From Acidimicrobiia bacterium (GTDB lineage Bacteria > Actinomycetota > Acidimicrobiia > Spongiisociales > Spongiisociaceae): DNA of 64,000 bases. This document shows, piece after piece, positions 9,107 through 21,522 of the stretch. The notes beneath the pieces were generated by a model. That model saw only the letters and a program-made list of their open reading frames with translations. It was not told the DNA's origin and made no database searches. Both the position numbers and the translations under genes were made by a program. Within the stretch, counting starts at the first letter, position 1. Every line of letters starts with the position of its first letter. The stretch spans positions 592 through 64,591 of the forward strand of contig WTGI01000072.1 of NCBI GenBank assembly GCA_011523635.1, written 5' to 3'.

Positions 9107-10644
9107 CGGGTCTCCGGGTCGAGCGCGTCCACGTTGAAGATGCTGGCCGCATTCCACAGCATCCAACCCAGCGAGCGCGCCTCGGCCGCATCGATCTGCT
9201 CCCGCACCTGATCGGATGTGTAGTAGAAGTCCTGGAGCCATGGGCGGATGATGGACTGGCCCTCCAGCCGCTTGATTCCTGCGTCGAGCGCCCCTGCCAC
9301 CACCTCGCCCGGGTGATCGTTGGGCGTATCGAAGCCGAACCACCCGGTCGAGTAGTGGCTCGGGTAGACCATCGGCGACAGCACGTCGGCCGTGGTGGAA
9401 AGGGCGGTGAACTCCTGGCCGATCCCCCCATCCCCGATCACGGTGGTGATGAACCCGAAGATGTCGGCCCCGACCACACAGCCGAGCGGGTGGAGGCGCT
9501 CGGCTGCCTGGTCCAGGAAGGTGGTGATCGTCCCGATGCGGATGTCCTCCGAGTCGCCCAGGTCGAACACGGCGGTGTCGGGATAGCCGTCCGGGAACCG
9601 GACGTAGTCGAACTGGATCTCGTCGAACCCGGCAGCACAGACCTCCTCGGCCAGCCGCAGGGCGTATTCCCGAGCTTGCTGATCGGTGGGATCGAGGAAG
9701 TACTGGTTGCGTTTGCGGAAGGAGGTGCCGGTGGCGGTGTCGAATACCGCCATGTCGACTATGGCCCGAGCCGCGATGGGGTCCTGGAAGGTCACGAGAC
9801 GCGCGATCTTGTACAGGCCCCTGACATCCATCTGGTTGACCACCCGGTCGATATCGAACAGAACGTCCACCGCACCGATGTCGCGAGCCAGGTTCACGTC
9901 CGTGTCGTAGAGCACCCGGCCCGATTCATCCTTGACATCGATCACGAGGGCGTTGACCACCGTGTCCTCTGCGATCGAGAGAAGCTCGGACCACTGCCCC
10001 TGGGTCACGAACACGGTATGCCCGACATGTAGCGCCCGGATCAGAAACGGCTCCAGGGTGATCTCGTGGACGAGTCTCTCTCCATCCCAGGCGAACTCGG
10101 CTGCGACCCACCCTGGGCGTTCGACAGTGATGGTGCCGGGTGAAGCCCGTGATATCTCGAAGCTGCCCTCGTCGTCGGTCATCACGTTGACGTCGCCCAG
10201 CGAGACCGAGGCGATCGGTAACCCGAATCCCTGGCTGTCCACCACCGTACCGCGCAGGACTACGGGCCGCAGTGCCAGTTCCACGGGTTCCTCCTGGAAC
10301 GCGTCGACCAACACCGCGCCCGGGAAGAATCCTTGCGCCTGCACGGAGGCCGACGTGGGCTCGCCCTCCCATCGCACCCGGAACACACCGCTTCCGTCCG
10401 TCACCTCCTGGCCGTACTCCGTGTCGGCCGTCGCCCCGGCAATCGGCTCTCCGGCATCGTCCTTGACCAGGATGGCCACCGTGGGAACCTCGGAGGGCGG
10501 CGGGATCGGCGCCTCCCCCACCACCACCGGCGACTGCGCCAGGCAGGCGGTCAGCACGACCGATCCCAGGGCGGGCAACAGCGACACCGCCGCGACCCGC
10601 CGGAAGGACGTCACGGGCCGTTCGGAGCGCTGAATCCGTCTCAT
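9103..10644 (-). CDS. exported lipoprotein with two CarboxypepD_reg-like domains and a DUF4015-type putative glycoside hydrolase domain
   Basis: The ATG is at 10644 (MRRIQRSERPV...). A lipobox-like LTAC follows a hydrophobic stretch. The motifs ALVIDVKDESGRVLYDT, YKIARLVTFQD, FLDPTDQQAREYALRLAEEVCAAGFDEIQFDYVRFPDG support the hydrolase call, which is a family assignment from memory. Confidence 0.75.
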   Translation of the reverse strand: MRRIQRSERPVTSFRRVAAVSLLPALGSVVLTACLAQSPVVVGEAPIPPPSEVPTVAILVKDDAGEPIAGATADTEYGQEVTDGSGVFRVRWEGEPTSASVQAQGFFPGAVLVDAFQEEPVELALRPVVLRGTVVDSQGFGLPIASVSLGDVNVMTDDEGSFEISRASPGTITVERPGWVAAEFAWDGERLVHEITLEPFLIRALHVGHTVFVTQGQWSELLSIAEDTVVNALVIDVKDESGRVLYDTDVNLARDIGAVDVLFDIDRVVNQMDVRGLYKIARLVTFQDPIAARAIVDMAVFDTATGTSFRKRNQYFLDPTDQQAREYALRLAEEVCAAGFDEIQFDYVRFPDGYPDTAVFDLGDSEDIRIGTITTFLDQAAERLHPLGCVVGADIFGFITTVIGDGGIGQEFTALSTTADVLSPMVYPSHYSTGWFGFDTPNDHPGEVVAGALDAGIKRLEGQSIIRPWLQDFYYTSDQVREQIDAAEARSLGWMLWNAASIFNVDALDPETR

Positions 10645-10734
10645 GCGGACCGCATAATCAAAGGAACACATTGCCAAATCGCTGCCAGGGTGATACGTTG
10701 CCTTGTCGTGCCCGTGGAGAGGGGGTAAGTAGGC

Positions 10735-11673
10735 GTGGTCTTGACAGCGAGGGAGACACCGCTATCGACCGACGCAGTCGACCTGTACCTCGACGAGGTA
10801 TCGGCGCACCCCCTCCTGACCGCGCAGGACGAGGTTGACCTGGCTCTCCAGATCGAGCTGGGTCGCCAGGCCAGCGAACAGCTCGACGGCGAGCCCGACC
10901 TCGAATCCCCAGCCCGCCTGAAGCTACGCCGGCTGGTGAGGGAGGGAGAGCGAGCCAAAGCGATCTTCATCCAGTCGAACCTCCGCCTCGTGATCTCGAT
11001 CGCCAAGCGCTATTCGGGCCGAGGCATGGACCTGATCGACATGATACAAGAGGGCAACCTCGGGCTGATCCGGGCTGTCGAGAAGTTCGACTGGCGCAAG
11101 GGTTTCAAGTTCTCCACCTACGCCACCTGGTGGATCCGCCAGGCCATCACCCGGGGGCTCGGCAACCAGGCTCGCACCATCCGCTTGCCGGTCCACATGG
11201 TCGACATCGTGAGAACGGTCAACGAGACGGTCTACACGCTCACCGAGGAGCTCCGGCGCCGGCCGACCCGCGAGGAGATCGCCGCCGCCAGCGGTCTCGA
11301 CATCGACCGGGTGACAACAGCTCTGGCCACCCCCACCAGCACCATCTCGATAGATCGTCCGGTCGGCGAGGACGGGGATGCGGTGCTGGGGGACTTCGTC
11401 CCGGACAAGACCGCCACCGATCCGTTCGCCCATGCCGCCGCAGCCGTGAGGCGAACCCAGATCGAAGAGGCCCTGAGCATGCTCACCCCCGAAGAGCGCA
11501 CGGTGGTGGTCAACCGCTACGGGTTGGAGGGAAACCAGATGCTTACCCTGACCGACATCGGCGCCAGGCTGGGCGTCACCCGGGAGCACATCCGCCAGAT
11601 CGAGCGCAGGGCCTTGTCGAAGCTCCGGCACCCCAGCAACGGATACGAACTGAAGAGCCTGATAGACCTCTGA
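10735..11673 (+). CDS. RNA polymerase sigma factor, RpoD/SigA-like group 1/2 (short N-terminus, so probably a group 2 principal-like sigma)
   Basis: Region 1.2 is DAVDLYLDEVSAHPLLTAQDEV and region 2 is NLRLVISIAKRYSGRGMDLIDMIQEGNLGLIRAVEKFDWRKGFKFSTYATWWIRQAITR. Regions 3 and 4.2 (LTLTDIGARLGVTREHIRQIERRALSKLR) are present. Confidence 0.9.
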   Translation: MVLTARETPLSTDAVDLYLDEVSAHPLLTAQDEVDLALQIELGRQASEQLDGEPDLESPARLKLRRLVREGERAKAIFIQSNLRLVISIAKRYSGRGMDLIDMIQEGNLGLIRAVEKFDWRKGFKFSTYATWWIRQAITRGLGNQARTIRLPVHMVDIVRTVNETVYTLTEELRRRPTREEIAAASGLDIDRVTTALATPTSTISIDRPVGEDGDAVLGDFVPDKTATDPFAHAAAAVRRTQIEEALSMLTPEERTVVVNRYGLEGNQMLTLTDIGARLGVTREHIRQIERRALSKLRHPSNGYELKSLIDL

Positions 11674-11699
11674 GTATCCGGCCCGCTGCGGAGAGTGGG

Positions 11700-13115
11700 C
11701 TAGCCGACCGCTCCGGCAGCGGCCATGTTCAACTCGATGAGCCGGTTCATCTCCACCGCGTACTCCATGGGGAGCTCCTTCACAATCGGCTCGATGAATC
11801 CGGCCACAACCATCGACGTGGCCTCGTCCTCGGTAAGGCCCCGGCTCATCAGGTAGAAGAGCTGCTCCTCCCCGACCTTGGACACCGTCGCCTCGTGACC
11901 GATCTCGGTGTCGGCCTCCTCGATCTCCATGTAGGGGTAGGTGTCGGAGCGGCTGTCGTCATCCAGGATCAGGGCGTCGCAGCGGACGAACGACTTGGCG
12001 TTCTCGGCGCCGGGTTCCACCCTCACCAGACCCCGGTAGCCGGCCCGGCCCCCCTCCCTGGTGATGGACTTGGACAGGATGGTGGAGGTGGTGTTCGGAG
12101 CGACATGGACCATCTTGGCACCGGTGTCCTGGTGCTGATCCTCGCCGGCGAACGCGATCGACAGCACCTCGCCATGGGCGCCGGGCTCCATCAGCCAGAC
12201 CGCCGGGTACTTCATCGTCAGCTTGGACCCGATATTGCCGTCGACCCACTCCATGGTGGCGTCGGCGTAGGCGGCCGCACGCTTGGTCACCAGGTTGTAG
12301 ACGTTGTTCGACCAGTTCTGGATGGTCGTGTAGCGGCAGCGTCCGCCCCGCTTGACGACGATCTCGACCACCGCCGAGTGGAGGGAGTCGGTGGTGTAGA
12401 CGGGCGCCGAGCACCCCTCGACGTAGTGGCAGAAGGCGCCCTCGTCCACGATGATCAGGGTCCGCTCGAACTGGCCCATGTTCTCCGAATTGATCCTGAA
12501 GTAGGCCTGTAGAGGCTGGTCCACGTGGACTCCCGGAGGGACATAGATGAACGAGCCCCCGGACCAGACCGCCGAGTTGAGGGCGGCGAACTTGTTGTCG
12601 TTGGGCGGGATCACCGTCCCGAAGTGTTCCTTGACGATGTCGGGGTGGTCCCGGACCGCGGAGTCCATGTCCATGAACAGGACCCCCATCTCCTCCAGGT
12701 CCTCCCGGTTGCGGTGGTAGACGACCTCCGACTCGTACTGGGCGGTCACCCCGGCCAGGAACTTGCGTTCCGCTTCGGGAATGCCCAGCTTCTCGTAGGT
12801 GTCCTTGATGGACTCGGGCACCATGTCCCAGTCCTTGGCCTGCTCCTCGGCCGGCTTGACGTAGTAGTAGATGTCGTCGAAGTCGATCTCGTCCAGCAGG
12901 CCGCCGCCGCCCCACGTGGGCATGGGTCGCGCCTGGAACCGGCGATAGGCCTTGAGGCGGAAGTTGAGCATCCAGTCCGGCTCGCCCTTGATGAACGACA
13001 TCTCGCGGATGATGTCCTCGGAGAGGCCCTTCTCGGGCTTGAAGACGTACTCGTCCTCGGGATCGCTCCAGCCCAGCTTGTAGGCGCCGAGGTCGATATC
13101 AACTGTGGTCGTCAT
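11700..13115 (-). CDS. sufB: Fe-S cluster assembly scaffold SufB
   Basis: This is the C-terminal 471 codons of ORF 11700..13931(-). The ATG at 13115 follows GGAGG. The sequence is [40 protein letters not shown]...[13 protein letters not shown]...[26 protein letters not shown]. Confidence 0.93.
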   Translation of the reverse strand: MTTTVDIDLGAYKLGWSDPEDEYVFKPEKGLSEDIIREMSFIKGEPDWMLNFRLKAYRRFQARPMPTWGGGGLLDEIDFDDIYYYVKPAEEQAKDWDMVPESIKDTYEKLGIPEAERKFLAGVTAQYESEVVYHRNREDLEEMGVLFMDMDSAVRDHPDIVKEHFGTVIPPNDNKFAALNSAVWSGGSFIYVPPGVHVDQPLQAYFRINSENMGQFERTLIIVDEGAFCHYVEGCSAPVYTTDSLHSAVVEIVVKRGGRCRYTTIQNWSNNVYNLVTKRAAAYADATMEWVDGNIGSKLTMKYPAVWLMEPGAHGEVLSIAFAGEDQHQDTGAKMVHVAPNTTSTILSKSITREGGRAGYRGLVRVEPGAENAKSFVRCDALILDDDSRSDTYPYMEIEEADTEIGHEATVSKVGEEQLFYLMSRGLTEDEATSMVVAGFIEPIVKELPMEYAVEMNRLIELNMAAAGAVG

Positions 13116-13244
13116 GGTGAGGCCTCCGCCACCGGTGAACAAGGCCCGGTCGTTCAGATGGATACGCCCTGATGATACCAAGGCCAGGCCGGAACCTGGG
13201 CATGAAAAACTTCGCGAGGTTGAAGGGCCTAGTGTTGGCGGGAC

Positions 13245-14447
13245 ATGGACGAGCCGCGCATTGCCGAGCCCATTCTCCATGTGGACATGGATGCGTTCTA
13301 CGTGGAAGTGGAGAGACTCGACAACCCCGGGCTTGCGGGACAGCCTGTGGTGGTCGGTGGCGAGGGACCGAGAGGAGTGGTCGCGTCCGCCTCCTACGAA
13401 GCCAGAGCCGGCGGGGTTCGCTCGGCCATGCCGATGAGCACCGCCCGACGGAGGTATCCGGGCCTGGTGATCGTGCCGCCCCGCCACCGACGTTACGGCG
13501 AGATCTCGGAGCGGGTCTTCTCGATTTTCCGGGACTTCACTCCTCTCGTGCAGGGATTGTCCGTCGATGAGGCTTTCCTCGATGTACGCGGTCTGCGCCG
13601 GCATTACCCGGACAGCCGCGCGGTGGCCGAGGCCATCCGGGCCCGGATCAGGAGTGAACTGCTCCTTCCGGCATCGGTGGGCGCGGCCACTGCCCTGTAC
13701 CTGGCCAAGATGGCGTCCGGATACGCCAAGCCGGACGGCGTCCTCATCGTCACCGAGGGAAGCGAGATGGCGTTCCTGGAACACCTGGACGTGCGGGAGT
13801 TGTGGGGGGTCGGCAAGTCCACCCGGAGCAAGCTCGCCTCGATGGGGATAGATACGGTGGGTCAGCTGGCGCGAGTATCCCTTCCTGTCCTCCGCCGCCA
13901 CCTGGGAGAGGCGACGGCGGATCACCTCCACCGCTTGGCCAACGGAGTCGACGAGAGGGTGGTGGAACCCCGTGGTGGCGCCAAGTCGGTCTCGGTCGAG
14001 CAGACCTTCGAGCAGGACATCTCGGGTACCGAGGCGCTGCTCTCGCAGCTGTTACGGCAGGCCGATCAGGTGGCGTGGAGGTTACGTAGGGCGGGACTCT
14101 CGGGACGCACGGTGTCTCTCAAACTCCGGTTTCCCGACTTCAGGACCATCACCCGCGCCGAGACATTGCCGTCCTCGACCGATGTGTCCAGGGAGCTCTA
14201 CCGGACCTGCTGTCGCCTGTTGGACCGTGCCGGCGTGGGCGGGCGGCCTGTCCGGCTCCTCGGCGTGGCGGTCAGCGGCCTGCAACCCACCGGCGCACCG
14301 CGGCAGATGATGGCCGGCGACAAGGAGCGCTGGGAAAACCTGGCGGAATCCGTAGACGACCTGAGAGTCCGTTTCGGTCGCCACACCGTGGAGCCCGCCC
14401 GGCTCAGAAGTGGGGAATCCGATCCGGCCCAAGACTCCCGAGGCTGA
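13245..14447 (+). CDS. dinB: DNA polymerase IV (Y-family)
   Basis: The motifs are [21 protein letters not shown]...[30 protein letters not shown], and [13 protein letters not shown] (HhH). Confidence 0.9.
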   Translation: MDEPRIAEPILHVDMDAFYVEVERLDNPGLAGQPVVVGGEGPRGVVASASYEARAGGVRSAMPMSTARRRYPGLVIVPPRHRRYGEISERVFSIFRDFTPLVQGLSVDEAFLDVRGLRRHYPDSRAVAEAIRARIRSELLLPASVGAATALYLAKMASGYAKPDGVLIVTEGSEMAFLEHLDVRELWGVGKSTRSKLASMGIDTVGQLARVSLPVLRRHLGEATADHLHRLANGVDERVVEPRGGAKSVSVEQTFEQDISGTEALLSQLLRQADQVAWRLRRAGLSGRTVSLKLRFPDFRTITRAETLPSSTDVSRELYRTCCRLLDRAGVGGRPVRLLGVAVSGLQPTGAPRQMMAGDKERWENLAESVDDLRVRFGRHTVEPARLRSGESDPAQDSRG

Positions 14448-14488
14448 AGCGCCGACTCACGGCCGTCGTATCGGAATTTGAACCGGGG

Positions 14489-15952
14489 TTACCGCCACGG
14501 CATGTCCGTGGGAGTGACCGGGTCCGGAAGCATGGTGTCGCCCATGAGGTAGCGATCCACCGCCGCCGCGCAACTCCTGCCCTCGGCGATGGCCCACACG
14601 ATCAGCGACTGGCCTCGGCCCATGTCACCGGCGACGTAGACCCCTTCCACATTCGTGGCCCATCGGTGGTCGCGGGCCACGTTCCCCCGGTCGGTCATGT
14701 CCACGCCCAACTGCTCCAGCATGGGTGATCGATCCGGGCCGGCGAAGCCCAACGCAAGGAGCACCAGGTCGGCGGGGTATTCCTCGGCGGAGTCGTCCAC
14801 TCGCTCGAACGACAACCGGCCGTCGACCGACGTCATGTCGACCCGGTGGGTCCTCAGCGCGGTGACATGTCCGGCTGAGTCGCCCACGAACTCCTCCGTA
14901 TTGATGGCGAACTCGCGCTGCCCGCCCTCCTCGTGGGCGGCCGACACGCGGTGCATGAGGGGCCAGACCGGCCACGGTGTCGAGTCGGCCCGCTGATCGG
15001 GAGGACGGGGCAAGATCTCGAACTGGTGCACCGACGTGGCTCCCTGGCGGTGGGCGGTACCGAGGCAGTCCGCGCCGGTGTCGCCGCCACCGATGATGAT
15101 GACGCCCTTGCCGCTCGCGGAGATCGGGGTTGCGGACAGGTCGCCCGCCTGCACCCGGTTGGACGGCGTCAGGTACTCCATCGCCTGGTGGATGCCGTCC
15201 AGGTCCCGACCGGGGATCGGCAGGTCACGCGCCAGGGTGGCGCCTCCGGCCAGTATCACGGCGTCGAACTCGTCCCGGAGCCGGTCGGCGGGCGGGTCGA
15301 CCCCGACGTCGGCGTTCACCCGGAACCGGGTGCCCTCGGCCTCCATCTGGGCCAGGCGCCGGTCCAGGAACCGCTTCTCCATCTTGAAGTCGGGAATGCC
15401 GTAGCGGAGCAGGCCGCCGATGCGGTCATCCCGCTCGAAGACTGTCACGGCATGGCCGGCCCGGGTGAGCTGCTGCGCCGCCGCCAACCCCGCCGGTCCG
15501 GATCCGACCACCGCCACGCTGCGACCGGTCACCGTGGTGGGCATCAGCGGGGTGACCCACCCCTCGGCCCAGGCCTTTTCGACGATCTCCAGCTCGATCT
15601 GCTCGATGGTCACCGGGTCTGAATTGATGCCGAGCACGCAGGCGGCCTCGCAGGGCGCCGGGCACAACCGGCCGGTGAACTCGGGGAAGTTGTTGGTGGC
15701 GTGCAGCCGATCGATGGCTTGGCGCCAACTGTCGCGGTACACCAGGTCGTTCCAGTCGGGAATCAGATTGCCGAGCGGGCAGCCCCCGCTGCAGAAGGGG
15801 ATACCGCAGTCCATGCACCGGGAGGCCTGATCTCGGACCTGCGTGACCGGAAAGTCCTCGTAGACCTCGTTCCAGTCGAGCACGCGGAGTCCCACCGGGC
15901 GGCGCACCGGGGTCCGGCGCCCGTGCGTTAGGAAGCCCCGGACGTCACCCAT
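14489..15952 (-). CDS. gltD: glutamate synthase (NADPH) small subunit
   Basis: This lies in ORF 14489..16036(-), with ATG at 15952 ([13 protein letters not shown]). The motifs are the Fe-S sites [27 protein letters not shown]...[12 protein letters not shown] plus [17 protein letters not shown]. Confidence 0.92.
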   Translation of the reverse strand: MGDVRGFLTHGRRTPVRRPVGLRVLDWNEVYEDFPVTQVRDQASRCMDCGIPFCSGGCPLGNLIPDWNDLVYRDSWRQAIDRLHATNNFPEFTGRLCPAPCEAACVLGINSDPVTIEQIELEIVEKAWAEGWVTPLMPTTVTGRSVAVVGSGPAGLAAAQQLTRAGHAVTVFERDDRIGGLLRYGIPDFKMEKRFLDRRLAQMEAEGTRFRVNADVGVDPPADRLRDEFDAVILAGGATLARDLPIPGRDLDGIHQAMEYLTPSNRVQAGDLSATPISASGKGVIIIGGGDTGADCLGTAHRQGATSVHQFEILPRPPDQRADSTPWPVWPLMHRVSAAHEEGGQREFAINTEEFVGDSAGHVTALRTHRVDMTSVDGRLSFERVDDSAEEYPADLVLLALGFAGPDRSPMLEQLGVDMTDRGNVARDHRWATNVEGVYVAGDMGRGQSLIVWAIAEGRSCAAAVDRYLMGDTMLPDPVTPTDMPWR

Positions 15953-18900
15953 GAGCCGACGCCATGATCGCATCCAGCACCGGCTCCCCGGCGCTCTCGG
16001 CCTGGCGGACCGCTTCACGCACCCGCTTGTAGTCATCCGGCATCACCTTGACGAAGCGCCGCACCTCCCGGTCCCATCCATCCATTATCCGGGCGGCCAC
16101 GGCGGAACCCGTCTCCCTGAGGTGGGCGCCAAGCGTGCCGCGCAAGAAGTCCAGATCGTCCTTGTCGAGGGGGTCGAGCGACACCATCTCGGTGTTGACA
16201 TGGCCGGGGAAGGAGCCGTCAGGGTCGTAGACGTAGGCGATCCCACCCGACATGCCGGCGGCGAAGTTGCGGCCGGTACGGCCCAGGATCACGGCTCGCC
16301 CACCGGTCATGTACTCGCAACCGTGGTCCCCGACCCCTTCCACCACCGCCACCGCGCCGGAGTTGCGTACGCAGAAGCGCTCCCCCACCACGCCCCGCAG
16401 GAACATCTCTCCCGAGGTGGCGCCGTAGAGGATCACGTTCCCGGCGATGATGTTCTCCTCGGCGACGAGGGGAGCCTCGGGCGGGGGCGTGACCACGATG
16501 CGACCTCCGGACAAGCCCTTGCCGACGTAGTCGTTGGCGCTCCCGACGAGCCTCAGCGTGATGCCCTTGGGAAGGAAGGCGCCGAAGCTCATGCCTCCCA
16601 TGCCGGTGAAGTTCACCGTGATGGAGTCGTCCGGTAGCCCGGCCGCTCCGTGACGGCTGGTGACGTGATAGCCCAGCAGAGTTCCCACCGCGCGGTTCAC
16701 GTTGCGGACCGGCAGGTCCAGGGTCACCGGGGGACCGCCGGCCAGGGTTCCCTCCGCGAGCTGGATGAGGGTCTGGTCAAGGGCCTGGGCGAGGCCGTGG
16801 TCCTGCTCGGTGGTCTGCCTCCGTGCCTGGCCGGGGGCCAACTCGGGTACGTGGAAGATCGGGGAGAGGTCGAGACCGTCGCCCTTCCAGTGGTCCACGG
16901 CGTCGCGCACGTCGAGCAACTCGGCATGGCCGATGGCCTCGTCCAGGCTGCGGAAGCCCAGCTCGGCCAGCAGTTCCCTCACCTGCTCGGCGACAAAACG
17001 CATGAAGTTGACGATGAAGCGTGCCCTGCCGTTGAAACGTCTGCGCAAGTCCGGGTTCTGGGTGGCAACCCCCACCGGGCAGGTGTCGAGGTGGCAGACC
17101 CTCATCATGATGCAGCCCGAGACGACCAGCGGCGCGGTGGCGAACCCGTACTCGTCGGCGCCCAGTAGCGCGGCGATCACCACGTCCCGGCCGGTCTTCA
17201 GCTGCCCGTCCGCCTGCACCACGATCCGGTCCCTCAAACCGTTCAGCAGCAGGGTCTGCTGCGTCTCGGCCAGGCCGATCTCCCAAGGTCCGCCGGCATG
17301 CTTGATCGACGTCAGTGGGGAGGCTCCGGTCCCGCCGTCGTGCCCGGAGATGAGAACCACGTCGGCCTTCGCCTTGGCGACCCCGGCCGCCACGGTCCCG
17401 ACACCCATCTGGGCCACCAATTTGACGTGAATCCTCGCCTCCGGGTTGGAGTTCTTCAGGTCATGGATGAGCTGCTTGATGTCCTCGATCGAGTAGATGT
17501 CGTGGTGGGGCGGGGGCGATATCAGCCCCACACCGGGAGTGGACATCCGGGTCTCGGCGATCCACGGGTAGACCTTGTAGCCGGGGAGCTGGCCTCCCTC
17601 TCCCGGCTTGGCGCCCTGGGCCATCTTGATCTGGAGATCGTCGGCGTTCACGAGGTACTCGGAGGTGACGCCGAACCGGCCCGAGGCCACCTGCTTGACC
17701 GCGCTGCGCCGCAGGTCACCGTTGGGGTCCGGGATGTTGCGGATCGGGTCCTCACCGCCCTCGCCGGTGTTGGACTTGCCGCCGATCCTGTTCATGGCGA
17801 TGGCGAGGGTCTCGTGCGCCTCCTTCGAGATGGAGCCGTAGGACATGGCGCCCGTGGTGAACCGCTTCATGATCTCCGAGGCCGGCTCCACCTCGTCGAT
17901 GGGTACAGTGGTGCGCTCGCCGGTCTTGAACCGGAAGAGACCGCGGAGGGTGCCCAGCCGTTCCGCTTGCTCGTCCACGAGCCGGGCGTACTCGTTGAAT
18001 ATGTCGTAACGACCCGCCCGCGTCGAGTGTTGGAGCTTGTACACCACCTCGGGGTTGAACAGGTGGTACTCCCCCTCCCGCCGCCACTGGTACTCGCCCC
18101 CTCCGTCCAGGTCGCGGTGGGCGGTCTCGCCGGGGTTGTCCGCGAACGCGCTGCGGTGACGGTGGACGGCCTCGGCCGCGATCACGTCGAGGCCGATACC
18201 CCCGATGCGGCTCACGGTCCCGGTGAAGTAGGGGTCGATCACCTCGGCGCCGATCCCCACTGCCTCGAAGATCTGTGCCCCGATGTACGAGGCGATGGTC
18301 GAGATGCCCATCTTCGACATCACCTTCAGGATTCCCTTGGCGGCCGCTTTCGCGTAATTGGCATGGGCCTTGGCGAGGTCCATCCCGGCCAGGCCGTGAC
18401 TGCCGCTCTCGATCATGTGGTCGATGGCGGCGAAGGCCATGTAGGGGTTGACTGCCGTGGCGCCGTACCCCAGCAGGAGGCACAGGTGGTGGACCTCCCT
18501 GGCGTCCCCGGTCTCGACGATCAGGCCGATCCGGGTGCGGTTCCTGGTGCGGATCAGGTGGTGGTGAACGGCGGCCGTCGCGAGGAGCGACGGAATCGGG
18601 ACCCGGTCCGGGCCCACGTCCCGGTCGGACAGCACTATCGCCCACACGCCGGACTTGATTAGTCCGTCGACATCGGTGCACACCCGTTCAAGAGCTCGGC
18701 GCAGCGAGTCGCCCCCACCGTCGGGGCTGAAGTGGCAGCTCACCACGGCGGCCTTCCCCCCCACCGCGGGAACCTCGTCCATCCGGAGCAGGGAGGCGAG
18801 CTGCCCGTTGTCGATCACGGGGCTGTCGAGCTCGATCATGTTGCAAGAGTGGGGCCCCGGACGGAACAGGTTGGACTCCGGACCGATGGTGGTCCGCATC

Positions 18901-20519
18901 GAGGTCACCAACTCCTCCCGGATGGCGTCCAGCGGTGGGTTGGTCACCTGGGCGAACAGCTGCTTGAAGTAGTCGAACAGGAGGCGGCTCCGCTCGGACA
19001 GCACCGCGGGCGGCGTGTCGGTGCCCATCGATCCGAGCGCCTCCTCGCCCCCGGCGGCCATGGGCGCGATCAGCATCTTCAGGTCCTCGTGGGTGTAGCC
19101 GAAGGCTCGGAGCCGCTCCGGCGCCGGAAGGTCGCCGCGCGCATCCCCGCCCACCTCGGGAAGCTCCCGGAGTTGAACCAGGCCTTCCCCCAGCCAGGCG
19201 GTGTAGGGCCGAGCCGTCGCCAACTCCCTCTTTATCTCCACGTCCCGGACGATGCGGCCCCGGGCGGTGTCCACCAGGAACATCCTCCCTGGGCGGAGCC
19301 GGCCCTTCTCCACGATTCGGGACTGGGGAACGTCGGTGACGCCCACCTCCGAGGCCATGACCACCAGGTCGTCATCGCTGACCCAGTAGCGGGAGGGACG
19401 CAGCCCGTTGCGATCGAGCACCGCGCCGATCTGCCGCCCGTCGGTGAAGGCGATCGACGCCGGGCCGTCCCAGGGCTCCATCAGGGAGGCGTGATACCGG
19501 TAGAAGTCCCGCACCGCCGGGTCCATGGTCTCGTGCTTCTCCCACGGCTCGGGAATCATCATCAGGACCGCCTCGGGCAGCGAGTACCCGCCCATGTAGA
19601 GCAGTTCCAGCACCTCGTCGAACCCGGCCGTGTCGGAGACACCCGGGGTGCAGACCGGGAACACCCGATCGAGGTCCGGAATCAGGTCGGTGGCCAGGAG
19701 ACTCTCGCGGGCCCGCATGAAATTGCGGTTGCCCTGGATGGTGTTGATCTCGCCGTTGTGGGCGATCATCCGGTAGGGATGGGCCAGAGGCCACATCGGG
19801 AAGGTGTTGGTCGAGAACCGGGCGTGGACGAGAGCGATGGCGCTCTCGACCCGGTCGTCGTGCAGGTCGATGAAGAAGTCGGGCAGCTGCAACCCGGTGA
19901 GCATGCCCTTGTAGATGAGGGTCTTGCCGGACAGGCTGGCGAAGTAGACACCCTCATGCATCCTGGGGGCCCCGCCGATCGCCTCCCGCGGCCCCACGTC
20001 GCCCGGGCGCAGGCGCACCTCGTGCTCGATCCGCTTGCGCACCACGTAGGCTCGCCGTTCCAGCGCCATCCCGGAAGCGCCCCGCCCGTCGATGAACACC
20101 TGCCTCATGGCCGGCATGGTCTTGCGGGCATCACTCCCTATCACCGACGGATCGGTCTGCACCGCCCGCCACCCGAGCACCTCGAGACCTTCGTCGGCCA
20201 CGATCCGCTCGACTTCCCGGATCCCCGCTCGGGTCAGATCCTCGCTATCGGGGAAGAAGGCGATACCCGTGGCGTAGCGACCGGCCGGCGGCAGATCGAA
20301 GGGAACCGCGGCCCTCAGAAAACGATCGGGAACCTGCAGCAGGATGCCGGCGCCGTCGCCGGTGTCGGGATCGGACCCCGTCGCACCGCGATGTGTCATG
20401 CTCTCCGCTGCCCCCATCGCCAGGGCTACGAGATGGTGGCTGCGCCTCCCCTTCAGGTCCGCGACGAAGTTGACACCGCAGGCGTCGTGCTCGAATTCGC
20501 GCCGGTACAGGCCGGGCAT
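15945..20519 (-). CDS. gltB: glutamate synthase large subunit
   Basis: This lies in ORF 15945..20543(-), with ATG at 20519 ([24 protein letters not shown]). The Ntn Cys is present. The FMN/3Fe-4S domain contains [13 protein letters not shown]. The C-terminal GXGXG domain is present. The gene overlaps the gltD start by 8 nt. Confidence 0.95.
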   Translation of the reverse strand: MPGLYRREFEHDACGVNFVADLKGRRSHHLVALAMGAAESMTHRGATGSDPDTGDGAGILLQVPDRFLRAAVPFDLPPAGRYATGIAFFPDSEDLTRAGIREVERIVADEGLEVLGWRAVQTDPSVIGSDARKTMPAMRQVFIDGRGASGMALERRAYVVRKRIEHEVRLRPGDVGPREAIGGAPRMHEGVYFASLSGKTLIYKGMLTGLQLPDFFIDLHDDRVESAIALVHARFSTNTFPMWPLAHPYRMIAHNGEINTIQGNRNFMRARESLLATDLIPDLDRVFPVCTPGVSDTAGFDEVLELLYMGGYSLPEAVLMMIPEPWEKHETMDPAVRDFYRYHASLMEPWDGPASIAFTDGRQIGAVLDRNGLRPSRYWVSDDDLVVMASEVGVTDVPQSRIVEKGRLRPGRMFLVDTARGRIVRDVEIKRELATARPYTAWLGEGLVQLRELPEVGGDARGDLPAPERLRAFGYTHEDLKMLIAPMAAGGEEALGSMGTDTPPAVLSERSRLLFDYFKQLFAQVTNPPLDAIREELVTSMRTTIGPESNLFRPGPHSCNMIELDSPVIDNGQLASLLRMDEVPAVGGKAAVVSCHFSPDGGGDSLRRALERVCTDVDGLIKSGVWAIVLSDRDVGPDRVPIPSLLATAAVHHHLIRTRNRTRIGLIVETGDAREVHHLCLLLGYGATAVNPYMAFAAIDHMIESGSHGLAGMDLAKAHANYAKAAAKGILKVMSKMGISTIASYIGAQIFEAVGIGAEVIDPYFTGTVSRIGGIGLDVIAAEAVHRHRSAFADNPGETAHRDLDGGGEYQWRREGEYHLFNPEVVYKLQHSTRAGRYDIFNEYARLVDEQAERLGTLRGLFRFKTGERTTVPIDEVEPASEIMKRFTTGAMSYGSISKEAHETLAIAMNRIGGKSNTGEGGEDPIRNIPDPNGDLRRSAVKQVASGRFGVTSEYLVNADDLQIKMAQGAKPGEGGQLPGYKVYPWIAETRMSTPGVGLISPPPHHDIYSIEDIKQLIHDLKNSNPEARIHVKLVAQMGVGTVAAGVAKAKADVVLISGHDGGTGASPLTSIKHAGGPWEIGLAETQQTLLLNGLRDRIVVQADGQLKTGRDVVIAALLGADEYGFATAPLVVSGCIMMRVCHLDTCPVGVATQNPDLRRRFNGRARFIVNFMRFVAEQVRELLAELGFRSLDEAIGHAELLDVRDAVDHWKGDGLDLSPIFHVPELAPGQARRQTTEQDHGLAQALDQTLIQLAEGTLAGGPPVTLDLPVRNVNRAVGTLLGYHVTSRHGAAGLPDDSITVNFTGMGGMSFGAFLPKGITLRLVGSANDYVGKGLSGGRIVVTPPPEAPLVAEENIIAGNVILYGATSGEMFLRGVVGERFCVRNSGAVAVVEGVGDHGCEYMTGGRAVILGRTGRNFAAGMSGGIAYVYDPDGSFPGHVNTEMVSLDPLDKDDLDFLRGTLGAHLRETGSAVAARIMDGWDREVRRFVKVMPDDYKRVREAVRQAESAGEPVLDAIMASAHG

Positions 20520-20785
20520 CAAACCCCTTCTCCCCCGTCTCATCCTGATAACGAATCCTCCGGCAGTGTCGGAGGGTGTTGGTCGGTCGGAGGCCGACCG
20601 GGACGGCGTCCTCGGGGGACGACCGAATCCGTCATGCTAGGCGGGTACCAAAAAATGTCCAGTTAGCCCACGGTAACGGAACCCCGGAGTTGGGGCATCG
20701 CGGACCGGCCTTCCCCGTCTTTTTCAGCACCCGCTACACCGGGCCGGGTACGGCCGGGACCTCCTGGACTGATAGTTTGGGGGTC

Positions 20786-21244
20786 ATGCCAGTGATAGTC
20801 GTGGGCGCCGACACACCAACCGGCGATGCCATCGTCTCTACAGTCTGCCGTTCGGCCGCCGAGGTCCGGGCGTTCATCACCCATGATGCCGCCGCCGACC
20901 GCCTCAAGGAACGCGGTGTGAAGGTCGCCATGGGGGACGTTTCCGACAGCTCGCACGTGGAAGCGGCGGCGCTCTATTGCTTCTGCGCGGTGCTGGTGAC
21001 CGAAGCGGCCCACGACGACCGCGACCGGGCCTTCGCCGAGCACCCGGATGACGTCCTGGCCGGATGGGCCGAGGCAGCCCGTAACGCCGGCGTGCGGAGG
21101 GTGATCTGGGTGGCGGCGGAACACCGTGAGGAACCGTATCCGGAGTCCGTGGGCGAGGTGGCCACGGTGATCGTTGAAGGCGACCTGGAGGACGCGGCCC
21201 GAGCAGTGGGCGAACTCGAGGAGGCGGAAAGTCTTAGTTACTAG
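20786..21244 (+). CDS. short NAD(P)-binding (NmrA/atypical-SDR-like) domain protein
   Basis: This is the C-terminal part of ORF 20576..21244(+), with ATG at 20786. The sequence MPVIVVGADTPTGDAIVSTV...VRAFITHD...GVKVAMGDVSD is a Rossmann-like N-terminus. The last codons and the TAG stop are encoded by the tandem repeat at 21234. Confidence 0.6.
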   Translation: MPVIVVGADTPTGDAIVSTVCRSAAEVRAFITHDAAADRLKERGVKVAMGDVSDSSHVEAAALYCFCAVLVTEAAHDDRDRAFAEHPDDVLAGWAEAARNAGVRRVIWVAAEHREEPYPESVGEVATVIVEGDLEDAARAVGELEEAESLSY

Positions 21245-21275
21245 TTGTTAGTTACTAGTTGTTAGTTGCTGATCA
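21234..21275. repeat. 14-bp tandem repeat TTAGTTACTAGTTG x2 plus one degenerate unit
   Basis: Unit 1 is 21234-21247 and unit 2 is 21248-21261, and the two are identical. Unit 3 (21262-21275, TTAGTTGCTGATCA) matches at 9 of 14 positions. The repeat contains two ACTAGT sites and stop codons in several frames. It overlaps the TAG stop at 21242-21244. Confidence 0.9.
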
Positions 21276-21522
21276 CACATCGTATAGGATATGGAACGGC
21301 GGCACTGCTGATGAGCTACCCGAGGGATGCCCTGCCGAACCAGCGTGCCGCCACTCCCGATTGACGCTGCTACTACCGCCGCCGGCGACCTCGCCGAGTC
21401 AACACCTACTTTAGTCACGTCGCCATGCTCCGAGGCCCGGCTACATAATCCCGCTTAATACTATTTCCACTGGTTAGCCCTAGTCCACTATGGACGAGCA
21501 ACCGGTAGCCCAACGACTGGCA